64,000 bases of DNA from Trichosphaerium sp. ATCC 40318 (taxonomy: Eukaryota; Protista; Tubulinea). Below are positions 1-12,790 of this stretch, one piece after another; position 1 is the stretch's first letter; each line of letters opens with the position of its first letter. The stretch is taken from positions 246,866 to 310,865 of the forward strand of contig JALMLS010000329.1 in the NCBI GenBank assembly GCA_038496445.1. The letters run 5' to 3'. The notes under the pieces are model-generated. The model did not search any database and was not told where the DNA came from. It saw nothing but the letters and a program-made list of their open reading frames with translations. A program made the position numbers and the translations under genes.

Positions 1-3000
1 TTCCGGCCTCATTATTTGATCCAGCTAAACGCATTTAAGTAACTAAATCAACTGCTTATTCTGAATTCGTACGTGGGCAGTATGTCTCAGTTGAAGAACA
101 TATTGTTCCATTGGTACATGAATCCCCGGCTGAAAGGCATCCTCCAGGACCAGCGCCAGCTGAAAGGTGTCAAAGGGTCGAAAGTACTATCACAAGATTG
201 ACGCACGTGCACAAAAAGTTTGACCTGTGGAACAAACAATCCCTCCAAAGCACACTTGGCTACTAGAAGATATGCATGATGTAGGTCCATTAGCACCTAA
301 AGCATTTAGGCATAAACAAAATATATAGAACAAGTTTCAGCTTAAGCAATAGAAGAGCTCCAGAAGGTTGCAAATGATACTCACCCTGGCAGAGAGTTTG
401 ACTTGAAGAACAAACTAGCCCATCGTTGCAAGTTTCTCCAGCACCATAGCATCCACCAGCACCATTAGAACCGGCTGTAGATTGTGTTAGATATAAAACA
501 GAGCCAATATATACGTACATTGACACCAGTTAGGTGTTGATGTAGGACATAATCGGCGTCCAGATGCATCTGAAATACAAACAAATGAATTTATATCAAA
601 ACACTGTCCACTGCTCGGAGCACCAAAATCTTAACCAAAAAATGTTAACTACAAAGAAAGGAACATGTTTGTTGTAAGCTCGTACCAGGACACCAATCGC
701 TCGAGGTACCAGAACATACACGTCCTTGAATACAAGAATCCTGTGTAGTATCATAGCATACACCTGGCGACATTGTAGTATTGTCATATTGACCAGCTGT
801 AGTAAGCAAATGCGGTGAGCAAAAGTGATAGGTTTTAACAAAACGTACGAGCACAGATGTTCGAAGTCAAGCAAACAGATGTACCAACACATGCCTCCGT
901 TGAAGGATCAAAGCACTGAACTGCACCTAAAATAGTGGCAATTGAGTTTTCAGGCATAGATTCTCCTTTTGAGAGTCTAACATACCGGAACAGTAGTGTG
1001 TCTTCAAACAAATGTCATTTGCAAGGCACTCATATAGGATAGGATCATAGCATGAGCTGTTGACTAGGGTTTGAAATAAGCAAATTGGAGTTTAGAAGAG
1101 CAGTCTCGTACAAGCGCAATATTCCTCTGGAGGACACCCAGAAGGGGCACATGTCTCGGTACTAGGATCATAGCACATTCCAGTAGCTGAAAATAGAAGT
1201 TAGGTATTTGATACAATAAAGGGAATTAAGTGACTTACATTGACAAAATTCACCGATTTTACAGATGTAAATCCCTCCACACACGTGTGTTGTAGGATTG
1301 AAGCACATTCTTGCGCCTGCGCAGTATTGATCGATAGGACAAGGTATATTCTCTTCTGGGCCATCAACTGCACAGTTACAGTCGCTACAGGCTTCTGGTG
1401 TACCACATAGTTCGGCTTCAAAGCAAGTTAAAATTTGTTTATAGGATTGTATTAAAGCACCTTCTGCTACAGTACAGAGTCCATTTCCGCATGTTTCGAT
1501 AATTGCACAAGGTTCTGTCATGAAAACGATACCTTCATTATGTTTACTGACCATTGTAGTTCGTATTCTATCAACAACACGTTCGCTATTAGTTCCATGT
1601 GCACCAACTTTACCCATTGATCTAAGGTAAAATCAGATTAAGATAGTGATATTCCATACGCACAAAGCAATATTATTAAAGTTACCCAATGTATAACAAT
1701 AGCTCATAATACTTCCACCATCCTGTGGTACCACTCTACCAGAACCTTTTGAATATTTGTCAGTTGGATACTTTATTCTCCTTTGGTTGTACCCGAGTAG
1801 CAGTTGTTTCCAGCTTCAGTATTAAAGCACGTATCAATAGGTGCAGCTCCACTCGTTGGTATGTTTCCGTAACAGTGACTGTGTGGTGATCCAATAAGAT
1901 GTCCTTTTGGAATATTATGAGAATAAACAACATAACAATTGAACTAAATGTATAAAGCATACCAGCCTCATGTGCTATCGTCACAAGATTAGAACGGTAA
2001 CCTCCTAGATTCTCATCTGCTATATATATTGCCCCAGTACTCTCTACACTAAATATTAGATATGTCGTTTGGTATTTCTATCTCACTATTGGGTAGGGAA
2101 GATCGGAAGCAAGCCTAAAAATTGGTGAGATTAAATTCAATGTACTGAAATATGTACTCCACTGGCGAACGCTCTGCCTTTGTCACCAAAACTTGCACTA
2201 GACTTGGCTGTCAATAAAAGAATGATATCATGTGTGAGGGCTCTACGAGTTGAACTAAAACGCCAATTTAGTACAATGAAAATGTTCCTTACCGCACTCT
2301 GTATAGTATGTCCTAAGCTGATCCAACATGCCTAACAAACACTATAGTTAGTTTCAAGCTGCTCAACCGTTATTCAATACCTGTCGTTGCGCCTCTAGTT
2401 TCTATAAATGGACCAGTAAAAGGACCATCATCTTGTGTACGTATAAACAAATGTGTCATCTCAACACTCATATTCAAGTCACGTTGATACATCCAGTTTG
2501 TAGCACTAAAAAACGTTAGCAATTTAATATATGTCAACTACTAGCAACGAGGTTTATCTTACCTAATATACAAACCAACTGATTGTACTAGATTCGTAAT
2601 GCTTCCTTGTCTGTCGGTTAAAAAAAGTTAGTTTCTTGATTGATTGATTAATTCGACTCTTTCGTACTGAGTATAATACGTCATATCTGTTTCTATGATA
2701 ACGCGAAGGCGCATACCTTGGCCTACATCAGTAATTGTATTACGCTTTGAAAATGTTGCCAAAGGTTCAAACATTTGATCATGTGAATGATCATTTCCTT
2801 TCGACTTTGTATAATTTGTGTAGCTCTAGATCCAAACAATGAATGATTTGAAATGCTTACTGTATATTCAGCGTACCTTGGTAGATATTTTCTTTGGTTT
2901 AAGCTGTATACCACCTGATGGGTGAGCAGATACTTGGAAATAGTCGCCATTGTGATCTATAAAAAAACCCCAAACATTAGATTTCTCGAACCTCCACAAC

Positions 3001-3629
3001 CTCACAACACCCATAGTTTTCACGTACGTGCATGACCAGATATGCTACCATCATCACGCTTTGCAATACTAACATGTGACGACTCATCACCATCAATATG
3101 TCCTTACAAAGGTAAGTCAAAAAGGAACTTTGCTTACAATTTCCTACCATGAAAAAATGACATGACTGGATGCTTTTCGAGTTTTTTACCATCTACGACA
3201 AAGCTTGATGTTTGTTGCCATGCTGACATATGATGCATTTGTAGTTCAACTGTGCTATCTCCGTTTTGTACGTCACGTACCTATTACGTCAAATACTCGA
3301 CAAAACCTTTGGTAGGTACGTACGTGTACACGTCCATGATGCTTGAATTCGCCAGTTATTGCTCGAAATTCATGCGCTTTAAACACTAGCGTTGCGCAGG
3401 TAGTTGACACTAACGCTATGAAGCAGCTATGATTGTTTTAGACAGTTGGAGAAGCAGACGATTTAAAATGCACAATTTTTCAAAACGACAAAAAGGAAAG
3501 TCGGAACTCCATAACTACGCAATCGTAGTAACGAATATGTCGTTTGCAATTAAACAAAAAAACCCGAACGGTACGTTTCTCAAACTGAGCTACAAACAAC
3601 GCCATCTCGTACCATACAAATAATTGCAT
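1..3629 (-). CDS. Secreted M12B/reprolysin-like zinc metalloprotease with C-terminal Cys-rich repeats (multi-exon; 3' end runs off the window)
   Basis: Spliced N-terminus MQLFVCCFIALVSTTCA (signal peptide). Spliced zinc motif TIAHEAG|HLIGSPH (HExGHxxGxxH) across the intron near 1905-1962, Met-turn GSIMSYC, then Cys-rich units such as CFNPTTHVC and CYDTTQDSC. Confidence 0.8.
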
Positions 3630-3920
3630 CTTTGTTGTGGAATAGCACATAAAAGTGACCGCCTGTAACAATTTATTCGCCTCAGAACCAATTATGCAAG
3701 AATTGTTCTGACTTTTTTTTTTTGGGTGAGAAAATCAAAACCAGCAAACGCAATCATGCAGTACACTATGGGAATGAATAGGCAATATTCAACAGTATGT
3801 ATTGTACAACAAGGCGACTCGCCATAACCCCGAGTTGAGACAAAATGAAGAATAAGATAAATCTTGCATAATAAGGTGCGTACAGTAGTGCTTTTTATCC
3901 TATCGCTCGTACACTGCTTC

Positions 3921-3976
3921 ATGATGGATAATCGGAAAGCTGAAAAAAATGTCGAAAAAATCTCGCTCGTTGCTGA
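3921..3976 (+). ncRNA. Box C/D snoRNA, copy 1 (probable SSU rRNA guide)
   Basis: Box C-like ATGATGG, D' CTGA, terminal D CTGA. Guide TCTCGCTCGTT is complementary to the conserved SSU segment AACGA(A/G)CGAGA. Intronic. Confidence 0.75.
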
Positions 3977-4156
3977 TGCTACAAATTTCTCTTATCGTTT
4001 AATCCCTTGCCTGATACTTAAACTAACGATAAATCCAGATGTCATCATCTTTGATCAACCTGAAACGCTATTACGCAGAGAAGAGCATAAGAAGGGCTTT
4101 TACATCACAAAAAGGGTACGCCACGCATAAAATCGCAGTTTACAGTCCTAAAAACT

Positions 4157-4212
4157 ATGATGGATAATCGGAAAGCTGAAAAAAATGTCGAAAAAATCTC
4201 GCTCGTTGCTGA
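4157..4212 (+). ncRNA. Box C/D snoRNA, copy 2 (identical to 3921-3976)
   Basis: Exact duplicate of the C-to-D interval, with unrelated flanks, in the next intron. Confidence 0.75.
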
Positions 4213-4494
4213 TACTTTTTAAACACTCTTTCGTTTCATCTTCATTGCTATGACCTCTTTTTCTTACGTCTACCAACAGATTTACCAAGCGATTCTGACA
4301 CTCTTCTCTAATGTCTAAATGACTGCAAAGAACTGTACCGTCACTCCTTTGACCTTGGTGGTGTTAATTCGGCCGCTATGACCTTGTAAAACAGGTTACA
4401 CGCCGTTCGAAGCAAGTAACAATAATTTTTAAAGGTATGTCTTTCTCTTTGCCTAGAAGGCTCTTTTTTCTTTCTTTTCTGTTTGTTTTGCATT

Positions 4495-4564
4495 GCCATA
4501 TGATGAACTATGATATGCTTATCCGAGGACTTGTTCGCGTGCAGACTAAATTCATATCTGAGGC
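4495..4564 (+). ncRNA. Box C/D snoRNA guiding the 5' region of LSU rRNA
   Basis: Terminal stem GCC/GGC, box C ATGATGA (4500), D' CCGA, D CTGA (4558). Guide TGATATGCTTA is the exact complement of the conserved LSU 5' sequence TAAGCATATCA. Confidence 0.85.
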
Positions 4565-5457
4565 TAAAACAAAAAACTATTTTTCGCAAACACCTTTTTT
4601 TCATCTCCCTTTCGAACAAAGTGGACTAACTTGTTGTTGCTCAGACTACCTCTCGTACATTACAATTGGCGCGAATGAAAGATGGATAGCTAGACTCAAC
4701 CTCTATGGCACCTGGCCACAACCTTAAATAATAATCTCAAAGATAGAACAAAATATCCTTGTCGCAAAAATAATAAAAACATTGTTGTCACCAAATCTTA
4801 CGTTGCAAAGCCTCAAGTGGTATTTGAGACCAGTGTTTGTTTATGAGTATCCTGCGTGTTGTTTTGCTTCTTCAAGGATGGCGTGGAGCTAATCCTCGCT
4901 TATGTAGTTAAGTTATGCCTTTCCTGTTGTAACACTGTTCAGTTAAAAATCTGTAGAGAATCGTAATATTGGCACTACAGTGTTCCACAGATAAATATCA
5001 TTATTCTGCATATCAAAAAAGAGCATTTTACAAACATGGCGCTAGTTTACCTTGTACGAAGCAGTTTTTTTAGTTTAATTCGTGCTGAATATAATAAGCC
5101 TCAACCAACAGCAGCTACCGTGGCTTGCGGTGTGCATAATTTCATTCTACTGCAACAGTACGTTATTCTTGCTGTTTACAACCTATTCTGTAAATACCAA
5201 CTGAAAACAGGTACACAAAACATAAGGGAAAACTGTGGATAGTTTCAAATGATTCAACTACTGAAGCCCTCCAAACACGTGAGTAGTTTTTGGTCTCTTT
5301 GTACAGTACATGTTTGTGTTGTAAAGACACACGTGCTTGTTTCACTAAGACCCTATTTTTAGCATCAGAGAACAGACTATCAAGATACAACGTGCCAAGT
5401 TTATGTTGTATGGGTGTTGTAACTTGTGAAAGCGATTGTTTAAGTGTCAAGAATGCT

Positions 5458-6291
5458 ATGGCAATACAAGAGTATGCAAAGGCACTTAAACATATGCCCA
5501 CAGTAAATTACAACGTTTATAAGTATATTCTACCTGTGTCAGATGCATTACAACTCCGGTATCCACAGACAATACCAAGTACAAAAAAATTGAATTAAAA
5601 ATATTGTTAACTCACCTCAATTAGATGCCCATCGAAATACCCCTGGATGTATCGTTAAGTTACCAAAGAAGTTATTGTTTGACAATATACTAAAATCAGA
5701 ACCATTCTTGCCTCCTGGTTTTCTTATCATTGACGACTTTATTACTGTTGCTGAAGGTATGATAACAGATCATCTCTTCAATTAATTTGTCTTCCAGAAC
5801 AGGCGCTTGTTGCTGCTATTGATCAAAATACTTGGGCCAGCGATATACCTAGAAGAGATCAGCAATATGGAGTTTATTTCGTTCACACAGAAAGTAGACT
5901 AGATAGACAAAAAGCAGTACCACCAATACCATTGTTTTGCAACAATATTCTACAAAAACTTGCTGCTGGAAATCTACTACCTTTTGTACCTAATCAGCTT
6001 GCTATAAACAATTACGAACCACCACAAGGTATTAGAGATCATATAGACAATGATGCATTTGGATCTCATATAGCTGATTTGAGTCTACTATCGCCTGTTG
6101 TCATGACATTTACAAACACGTGCAACAACCATGTCATTCCAATTTTACTTCAACCACGCTCCTTATTTGTAATGTGCGGAGATTCAAGATATAAATGGAA
6201 ACATGGCATAGCACATACATTAGAAGATAAGTATTTTGATACCACAATAGTTCGAGCAAGGCGAATTTCAATGACTTTTCGATTTGTTTAA
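5458..6291 (+). CDS. AlkB-family 2OG-Fe(II) dioxygenase (start uncertain; 2 introns)
   Basis: PPGFLIIDDFITVAEE, RRDQQYG, NQLAINNYEPPQGIRDHID (HxD), WKHGI, RRISMTFR. Confidence 0.88.
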
Positions 6292-6718
6292 AGGCAATTG
6301 TTTAAATACACTTAAATTTGCTACTGCCAGTACAGTTGCAGCAACAAACGCATTTGCTTCTAAAGAAAACTTATTCTTAGTATTGTTTCATACGCTACAC
6401 CAAGCCAAATTTTAAGACGTTACAAACCAGGAAGCAATAATTGCTCAGAGTGCAAATTTGGTTTATTTTTTTGGGAGTGCGTTATGTATAACTTTGGGTG
6501 CCGAGTGGCTTTTGGTCCATTGCGTTTGCGCCGTTATTGTATCTTTACACTGACAACACAGCAATAATGATTGCTATCGCCACAATAACAGGAATTACGT
6601 AGTCAAACGTAAAAAGTGTCCAAAATCAGGTAAATTTATCACCTATAAATCGTTTGAGTCAATGCATCAAAAATATCTCACAAGTCGCAGGCAATTATTT
6701 ATACATGTCTTATTTATT

Positions 6719-9362
6719 TTATAGGTAAGAGTCACCCGAACACCCACCAGGTGTTCCTGGTAGAGCGACTCCTGTATCAGATACATGACGGTCAAGGAGG
6801 TCGGGACTGAATCTTGTAAGAACTTCTATAATCTCCTCGAATACAGGTCTATCAGAAGGCAACTCACTCAAGCAATGAGCAATCAATGGCTCAAACTCTG
6901 GGTATATATTAGCATGTGCTAGATCTAGTCGTATGTTGTTATGTATCACAGCGTTCAGAACCTTGAAAAAGAAAGTAAGAGACAAGTCAAACAAGGTGTA
7001 GTTTAGATAATTCGTACATCTTGCTGATTCATTTCACAGTGAGGTTTCTTTCCAGAGCACATTTCCCATAAAATTACACCAAAGCTGTATACATCTCCTC
7101 TTCTGTCAGAATAGTTCTTTTTAAGAAGTTCTGGTGCGCTATACTGTGGTGTGCCTTTTCTTGATTGTTATTACCTGTATGCATTGATGGTACACTTACC
7201 TCCGTTTATTGTGATGCCTTGGTGGAACTCTTCAACGCATATATGAGCCGATCCAAAATCAGCTATTTTTGTGGTACCATCTTGAGTCATCTTAACAAAT
7301 TAGGGTGTTAAGTTGAATTGAAAACAAGAATGATATGTATGTTACCAGAAGATTATGTGGCTTTAAATCTCTGTGAACAAGAACAGGTGTTCTATTGTGT
7401 AAATAGTGTATTCCAGCAGCAGTATCAGCCATGATACGGACAATCATGATTTTGCTTAGAATAGGTTTTCTTTACATAAAAAAGAAGCTAGTTAAAACAC
7501 AGATTTAAAGGATATATTCTTACTTGGCTAATAGGTCACCTACACTTCCTCTAGGAAGATATTCTGTTACTAGGTATATATTGTCTTCAGTAACACAAGC
7601 ACCCAAAAATTGTACAACATTTGGATGGCTTAATTCGCTACAAAACAAGAAAAAAGTGAGAATAAACATTCTTTTTTTTGTGTTTGTATTCACCTCAGTA
7701 ATTTAATCTCTCTTATCCACTCACGCTTTGAAACAGCATCCAAGTACTCCATAGGTACCTTGATAGTCTTTACAGCAACCTAAAAACGCTGTAAAAAAGC
7801 GATATTGTTCAAGAAATGATAACATTAAAGTAATGACATATTGAATTCAAAAAAATAAGCGTACGTCAGTAGAACGATTCCATACTGCGTAGTAAACCTC
7901 TCCAGTAGACCCGAATCCTATTCTTTTCTTGAAACGAAGATTCCTTAGTTGGATAAATTGCATTGAGTCATTATCCATAAGCGCTCCTTAAACAGCATGT
8001 TAAGTTCAAAAAACCAAAACACGCTTTTTTGTACCTTCTGCTGTTGCTATTAAAGAAGGGCCTACTGGTACACGAACATATTCATCTTCATCATCAGGCG
8101 CTAGTAAATCAATCAATTTGATGCAAAGGGTAAAGCGAGTAATATTAATGCATGCCATTGACACTGTTGCGACGTCTGTACATGTTGTTGTATTCTTTTT
8201 CTATTGGATACCCATGGAATTTACGAAGAAATAGAAGGCATAGTACAGGTATAACTTCTTGTAATACCAATACCCTTCAAGGAAATAATGTCAGTATACA
8301 CACTTCAAATTCTGTCTTTTGTATAGCAGTACCTGTTGTTGATTTTGGGGTCGATAGGGTTTAAGAATTTACAAATCGTTGCTAAAAGGTCAATAATAGC
8401 CCGGAAAGATAAACACAGCATCAAGAGTATGAATACCATAGTACGCTAGAAAAAAGACAAGTCAAAATAACTGTAGCTGACGCTTTGGTGGACATACAAG
8501 CACTTTCTTTCCTTTTTCTATGTGCTTAAATAACAGAGTCCAAAAAATAAGAAGTGAAGTGTTAATGAGGAAGCAAGCTCCACCATAAACGCCGAAAACC
8601 TACAGTTGTATTAACCCATACAGTTTGTGCAGTGCATCAAATATTTTTTCGCTTACTAACATGTGGCGTACAGCAATCGAAAAAGTTTTATCTTCTGTAC
8701 CAAGCTCAGCCAGTAAAAGAACAGCAAGAAGTATCAAACTATTTAAACCCAATCCTCCAAAAGCAACGAACGTAAAGTTACAGTACTTGTCTTCAAGTGT
8801 GTAATATGTTCGTATCCTAGTTGACATGAGTGTTACATAGTACAAAAAGTTATAAAGACGCCTCGAAAACAGGGAAAGAGCCTGAAATCCGTACCAAAAG
8901 TAAATAATAACTGAAAATACAAACAGAAATAGGAACGATGGAATAACGCGAACAACATCTGTTTTAAAATTATCCGCTTGCAAACCAAGAAACACTGCAC
9001 GAACTATAGCAAAAAAAAAGCAAGAATTAGTCACACAACGATTATTATTGCGCACGTGATTATTGCCAAAACAAAAGCGAAAGGTTACACGAATTTTTTT
9101 TTCAAACGTTTTTTTTTTGCTTTATGCTTCGATTATTATTTTGGACTCACGTGCCTAAACATGTACATCCTGTAGCCATATAAAAAATATTGCCATCGTT
9201 AGAGTTGTGTCGCGTGAAAAGTAATAAACCCGATATAGAGGCAATGAACGCGTATATGCCAGCGTAAACATATGTTATAATGGTGTCTAACTGGTGATTA
9301 TAGTCAGCAGGCGGGTATGTAGGTGCTGAGGTATTAGCTATCTCAGCTAGTGGATAAAGCAT
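6719..9362 (-). CDS. Multi-pass (7TM-like) membrane protein fused to a TKL-group protein kinase
   Basis: Hydrophobic helices over 8150-9362. Spliced kinase motifs GFGSTGEVY, VAVK, HPNVVQFLG, HRDLKPHNLL, DFG, GTPQYSAPE, DVYSFGVILWE. Confidence 0.88.
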
Positions 9363-9516
9363 GTATCACCCCGTAACAACACCCAAAAACAAGCACGAAC
9401 TATACCAATTTGTTTGGTCAGGCAGATTCTCAAACGTTAATTATTCAACGATAAAAAGTTGTTTATTAAAGTATTGTATTGACAAGGTTCATGTGGTTTA
9501 AGTACAAATTGCGTCG

Positions 9517-12500
9517 TTAGTCGGATAAGACAGCGTCATAATCACTCATTAGAGGTCTTCCATCAGAGAAAGATGGGGAAGGAGACATTGGAGATAGAGC
9601 GCTTGCTGACTCATCGACAACAAATGCGTTGATATCTGATAGCTTTACATGAAGATTACGCAAATCAAAAACGAATGAACTTGGTGTACAAATGTGCGTC
9701 GAGCCTGGTAAAGAAAGATTTTAGAGAATAACATGAAACAACACGTGCAAAAAAAAATAAATGAGAGGACATACCGATAAAGATTGAAATCTGCAGTTTC
9801 TGGGACAATTTGTAGGCTTCCCTTATTTCGCTGTGTGTCATTCCTATGATAATAAGAAGCTATTTTAAATATGTTCAAAATGGTACCTCCGATAATGAAC
9901 AAGATAAGTTGTGGAGCGTCATCCTTTATTTTCTATTTTTTCATTAGATTTTAACAGACAAAAAAGTAGGTGGTTCGTACAGATAGACTTTGTCTTTCGC
10001 CACCCCATTTTCCTAATCCTTTAGTTCTCTTACTCTTGGTGTCCTTAGACACAATCTTCTTAGATTTCTTAGAACCTTTTAAAAGTGTCAGGACGAACTA
10101 CTTTAAGAAAAAAAAAAATATAATTGGAGTACTAACGTGTTTGTGTTTGTTCGATATTATGAAGATTTGGATAGTCCTTGAACGATAAAATCTCATCCGC
10201 CATCTTTTCAAGAATATCATATACAGCAGGCTTGAATCTAGATATCTTGTATTTCCACTCAGAATTACCTGCTTTACGTTTGTGATCCTACAAAAAAAAA
10301 AATAAGAAATTCAGTCATTTTGCTCTTGAGAGCTTAAACAATGTTGGGGTTTCCGTACTTTTCTTGGAGAGAGCTTCTTTAGCTCATTCAGGCTGTCAAT
10401 AACTTGTTGAGCGTTTCTTCCTTTAATCTTAGTAATCGCCATCATTCGACGCAGAACTTCTGGATTGTTCTCGGCCACGTTAAGAATCAACAACAAACGA
10501 AGCTTTGCTGAGTTCCTAAATATCCAAAATCAACAAATAATTTTATGAAACAAGATTGTCATTACTTGATTTCTGGATCTTCTAAGATTTGTTGAAAGCT
10601 GTCATCTGTTTGGAAGTTGAACTTTACTAGTTTTGACTCCACAGTTGTTTGGCCTGTAGCAAGAGCTTGTTCAAGCAGAGCAACTGTATCTAATTTTACA
10701 GAATTGTATACATCCATACACTGGGTAGCCATGGTCAAGTGTTGTTGGAACTAAAGACATAATTAAAAACAAGCCCGAGAAAAATCTGATGTGTATTGGG
10801 GTTGTTATAAAAAACGAACTTTTCCGAGCTGGTTGCTGTACTCAGGTGACATGCGAACAAGTTTTTGGAGATCTTCCGTAGCCTTTACAGGACTTTTACC
10901 GCGCCTGGATGCAATGGATTCCTTCTACACACTTGGTTAGGTCAAGGACTTAGTAAAAAACAATTACCCTTCCTGGCTCTTTCTTAGACTTTCTGCGACC
11001 TCCAAGGGCGTGATTATCTATCAACGCCGGTTTTATATCCGATTTGAGTACTTCTAGAACCTTTGCGATATGCTCATGTCTATATCAACCGAGGGTTAAT
11101 CCCATCAGAAAACGAATAAAATAGCAAGGTACCTAAGATTTTTCCATAGGTCATCTCGATCGTTAAGGACACAAGCCTTGGTTGCGTTTTCGTGTTTCTC
11201 GTTCGTATATTTATACTCAAATACGTTCTTTTCCACATTCAAGACGTCCATTGCCATTGCTTGAAACGTGAATTCGTGAAGCTATTCTCGATTAATTCAA
11301 CTCTGAGTTCAGGAACATGTGACAAACATTGACGTACTAATGGCGCAATCAGATCTTGTGTTCTATCAATAATGAGCATTGATGTATTTGAAGAGGGTGC
11401 CTAGGAAAGAGTTAAATGAGTATAACCAAATGTGAAAGTTGTACCAAGTTTGTTTTTGCTTTCAACTCTTCAACACCTTGAGATACCTTTTTAAAACAAA
11501 ACTTAGTCAATAATCGAGTGGTGTACTAAACATCATTTACCTTGCTAGCAATAGTAGCAGCTAGAGTAGTTTTTGAGTGACGAATAGAAGGAACCTGTCC
11601 CATGGAGGCACATACAGTCACAAGCTTGTTTCGTAATAATGTAAGTCATATATTTAGGTTGATTATATGCCGTACCCTTCGTGCGATTAGATCTTTTGTT
11701 GCACTTTGTTCAGCTGGTGTTGAGCTCTTGGAGTATAGAACATGTAAACTTGTAGGCATATTCAAATGAAAAGCCCTTGCTTCATAAGCGAGGTATTCGA
11801 GGTTCAGTTCCTGACGAGAACACAAGTTAAAAAACAGAATACAAGTACAATGATTTGCTCTAAGATTTACCAAAGACATACCGTGAAATGTTTGATTCTA
11901 CCGACTATACGCTCTTGGCTTATTGTATGAAACAAATTATCATCCAAGTCTGAAATATTGCATAAACACGAAGCCGGATAAAACCAAAAAAAGTGTTTTT
12001 CAAGTAAAACACGTGACAAACAAGAACCAAGAAACGTACGTGATGAAAAGAAGATATGGCATTTTGTATACATCATTGTCTTTCTAAAGTCATTTATCAT
12101 AGTTTGCACAGACTTTCTCGTTGGAGAGATAAAGTAAATGGCCTCCATAGGAAGAGGTTGGCGCTTCCTTTCAAGAGGTTCAATAACTAAAAACAAACCA
12201 TGAGCTTAAAATGCGTCGGGTGCATCAAACATGTTTTTCCGGGGCGTGCTTTGATTTGTTTAATAGATTTAGCACTAGAATAAGCAATCGTACGGATAAT
12301 CCCGGCTCCAACGACTTCATCGTAAGTACAACATGCAGAAATGATCTGCGTCGTTAATGCATCAACTACTAACACTGCGAACCCTGATTTCGGTCTTGCG
12401 GCAGCGATTACATCTCGTAGTATTCCTAAACACGCAGACAATAAGTAATCACGTGATATAAAGTTTATTTCGGTTTTATTAGTATTCTGCAACGAAAAAC

Positions 12501-12576
12501 AACATTATCAGTTCGTACGCTTTCGCGTCAATGCAACGAGAGTTCTGCGATCATAGCTGCTTTTGAAATACTCCAT
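9517..12576 (-). CDS. SEC1: Sec1/Munc18 (STXBP) family protein
   Basis: VLVVDALTTQIISACC, RQPLPMEAIYFISP, LIIDRTQDLIAPLLHEFTFQAM, LNDRDDLW, LEQALATG, LFIIGG. Confidence 0.93.
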
Positions 12577-12790
12577 GTTGAGCTAGAACTTATGAAAAAA
12601 CATTGCTTACTTATTCACAAACTTAAGCTTCGTTTAGTTTATTGGCAGTAACTCTTCTCCTCTTCGTTTGCTGTTTTGGCTTACGTCTTCTGTCGTAACA
12701 ATGCTGTTCGCGCCCTGTTATCCAACGGCATGTTGCAAACGTACGGCCGCACGCAACGCTCTCGACCTAACATAACGCCCTTTTGGATGT

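Larger units (their letters stand above)
3841..4780 (+). ncRNA. Putative non-coding snoRNA host transcript with introns 3876-4038, 4116-4279 and 4435-4644 (outer ends approximate)
   Basis: Three unusually long GT-AG introns (ACTAAC branch sites in the first and third), each holding one C/D box element. Spliced exons give only a ~31-codon ORF. AATAAA at ~4772. Confidence 0.65.

Noticed and set aside
3921-4213. 57-bp direct repeat as a CRISPR array or LTR pair
   Set aside because: Only two copies, eukaryotic context, no cas or retroelement genes; explained by C/D boxes and intronic position.
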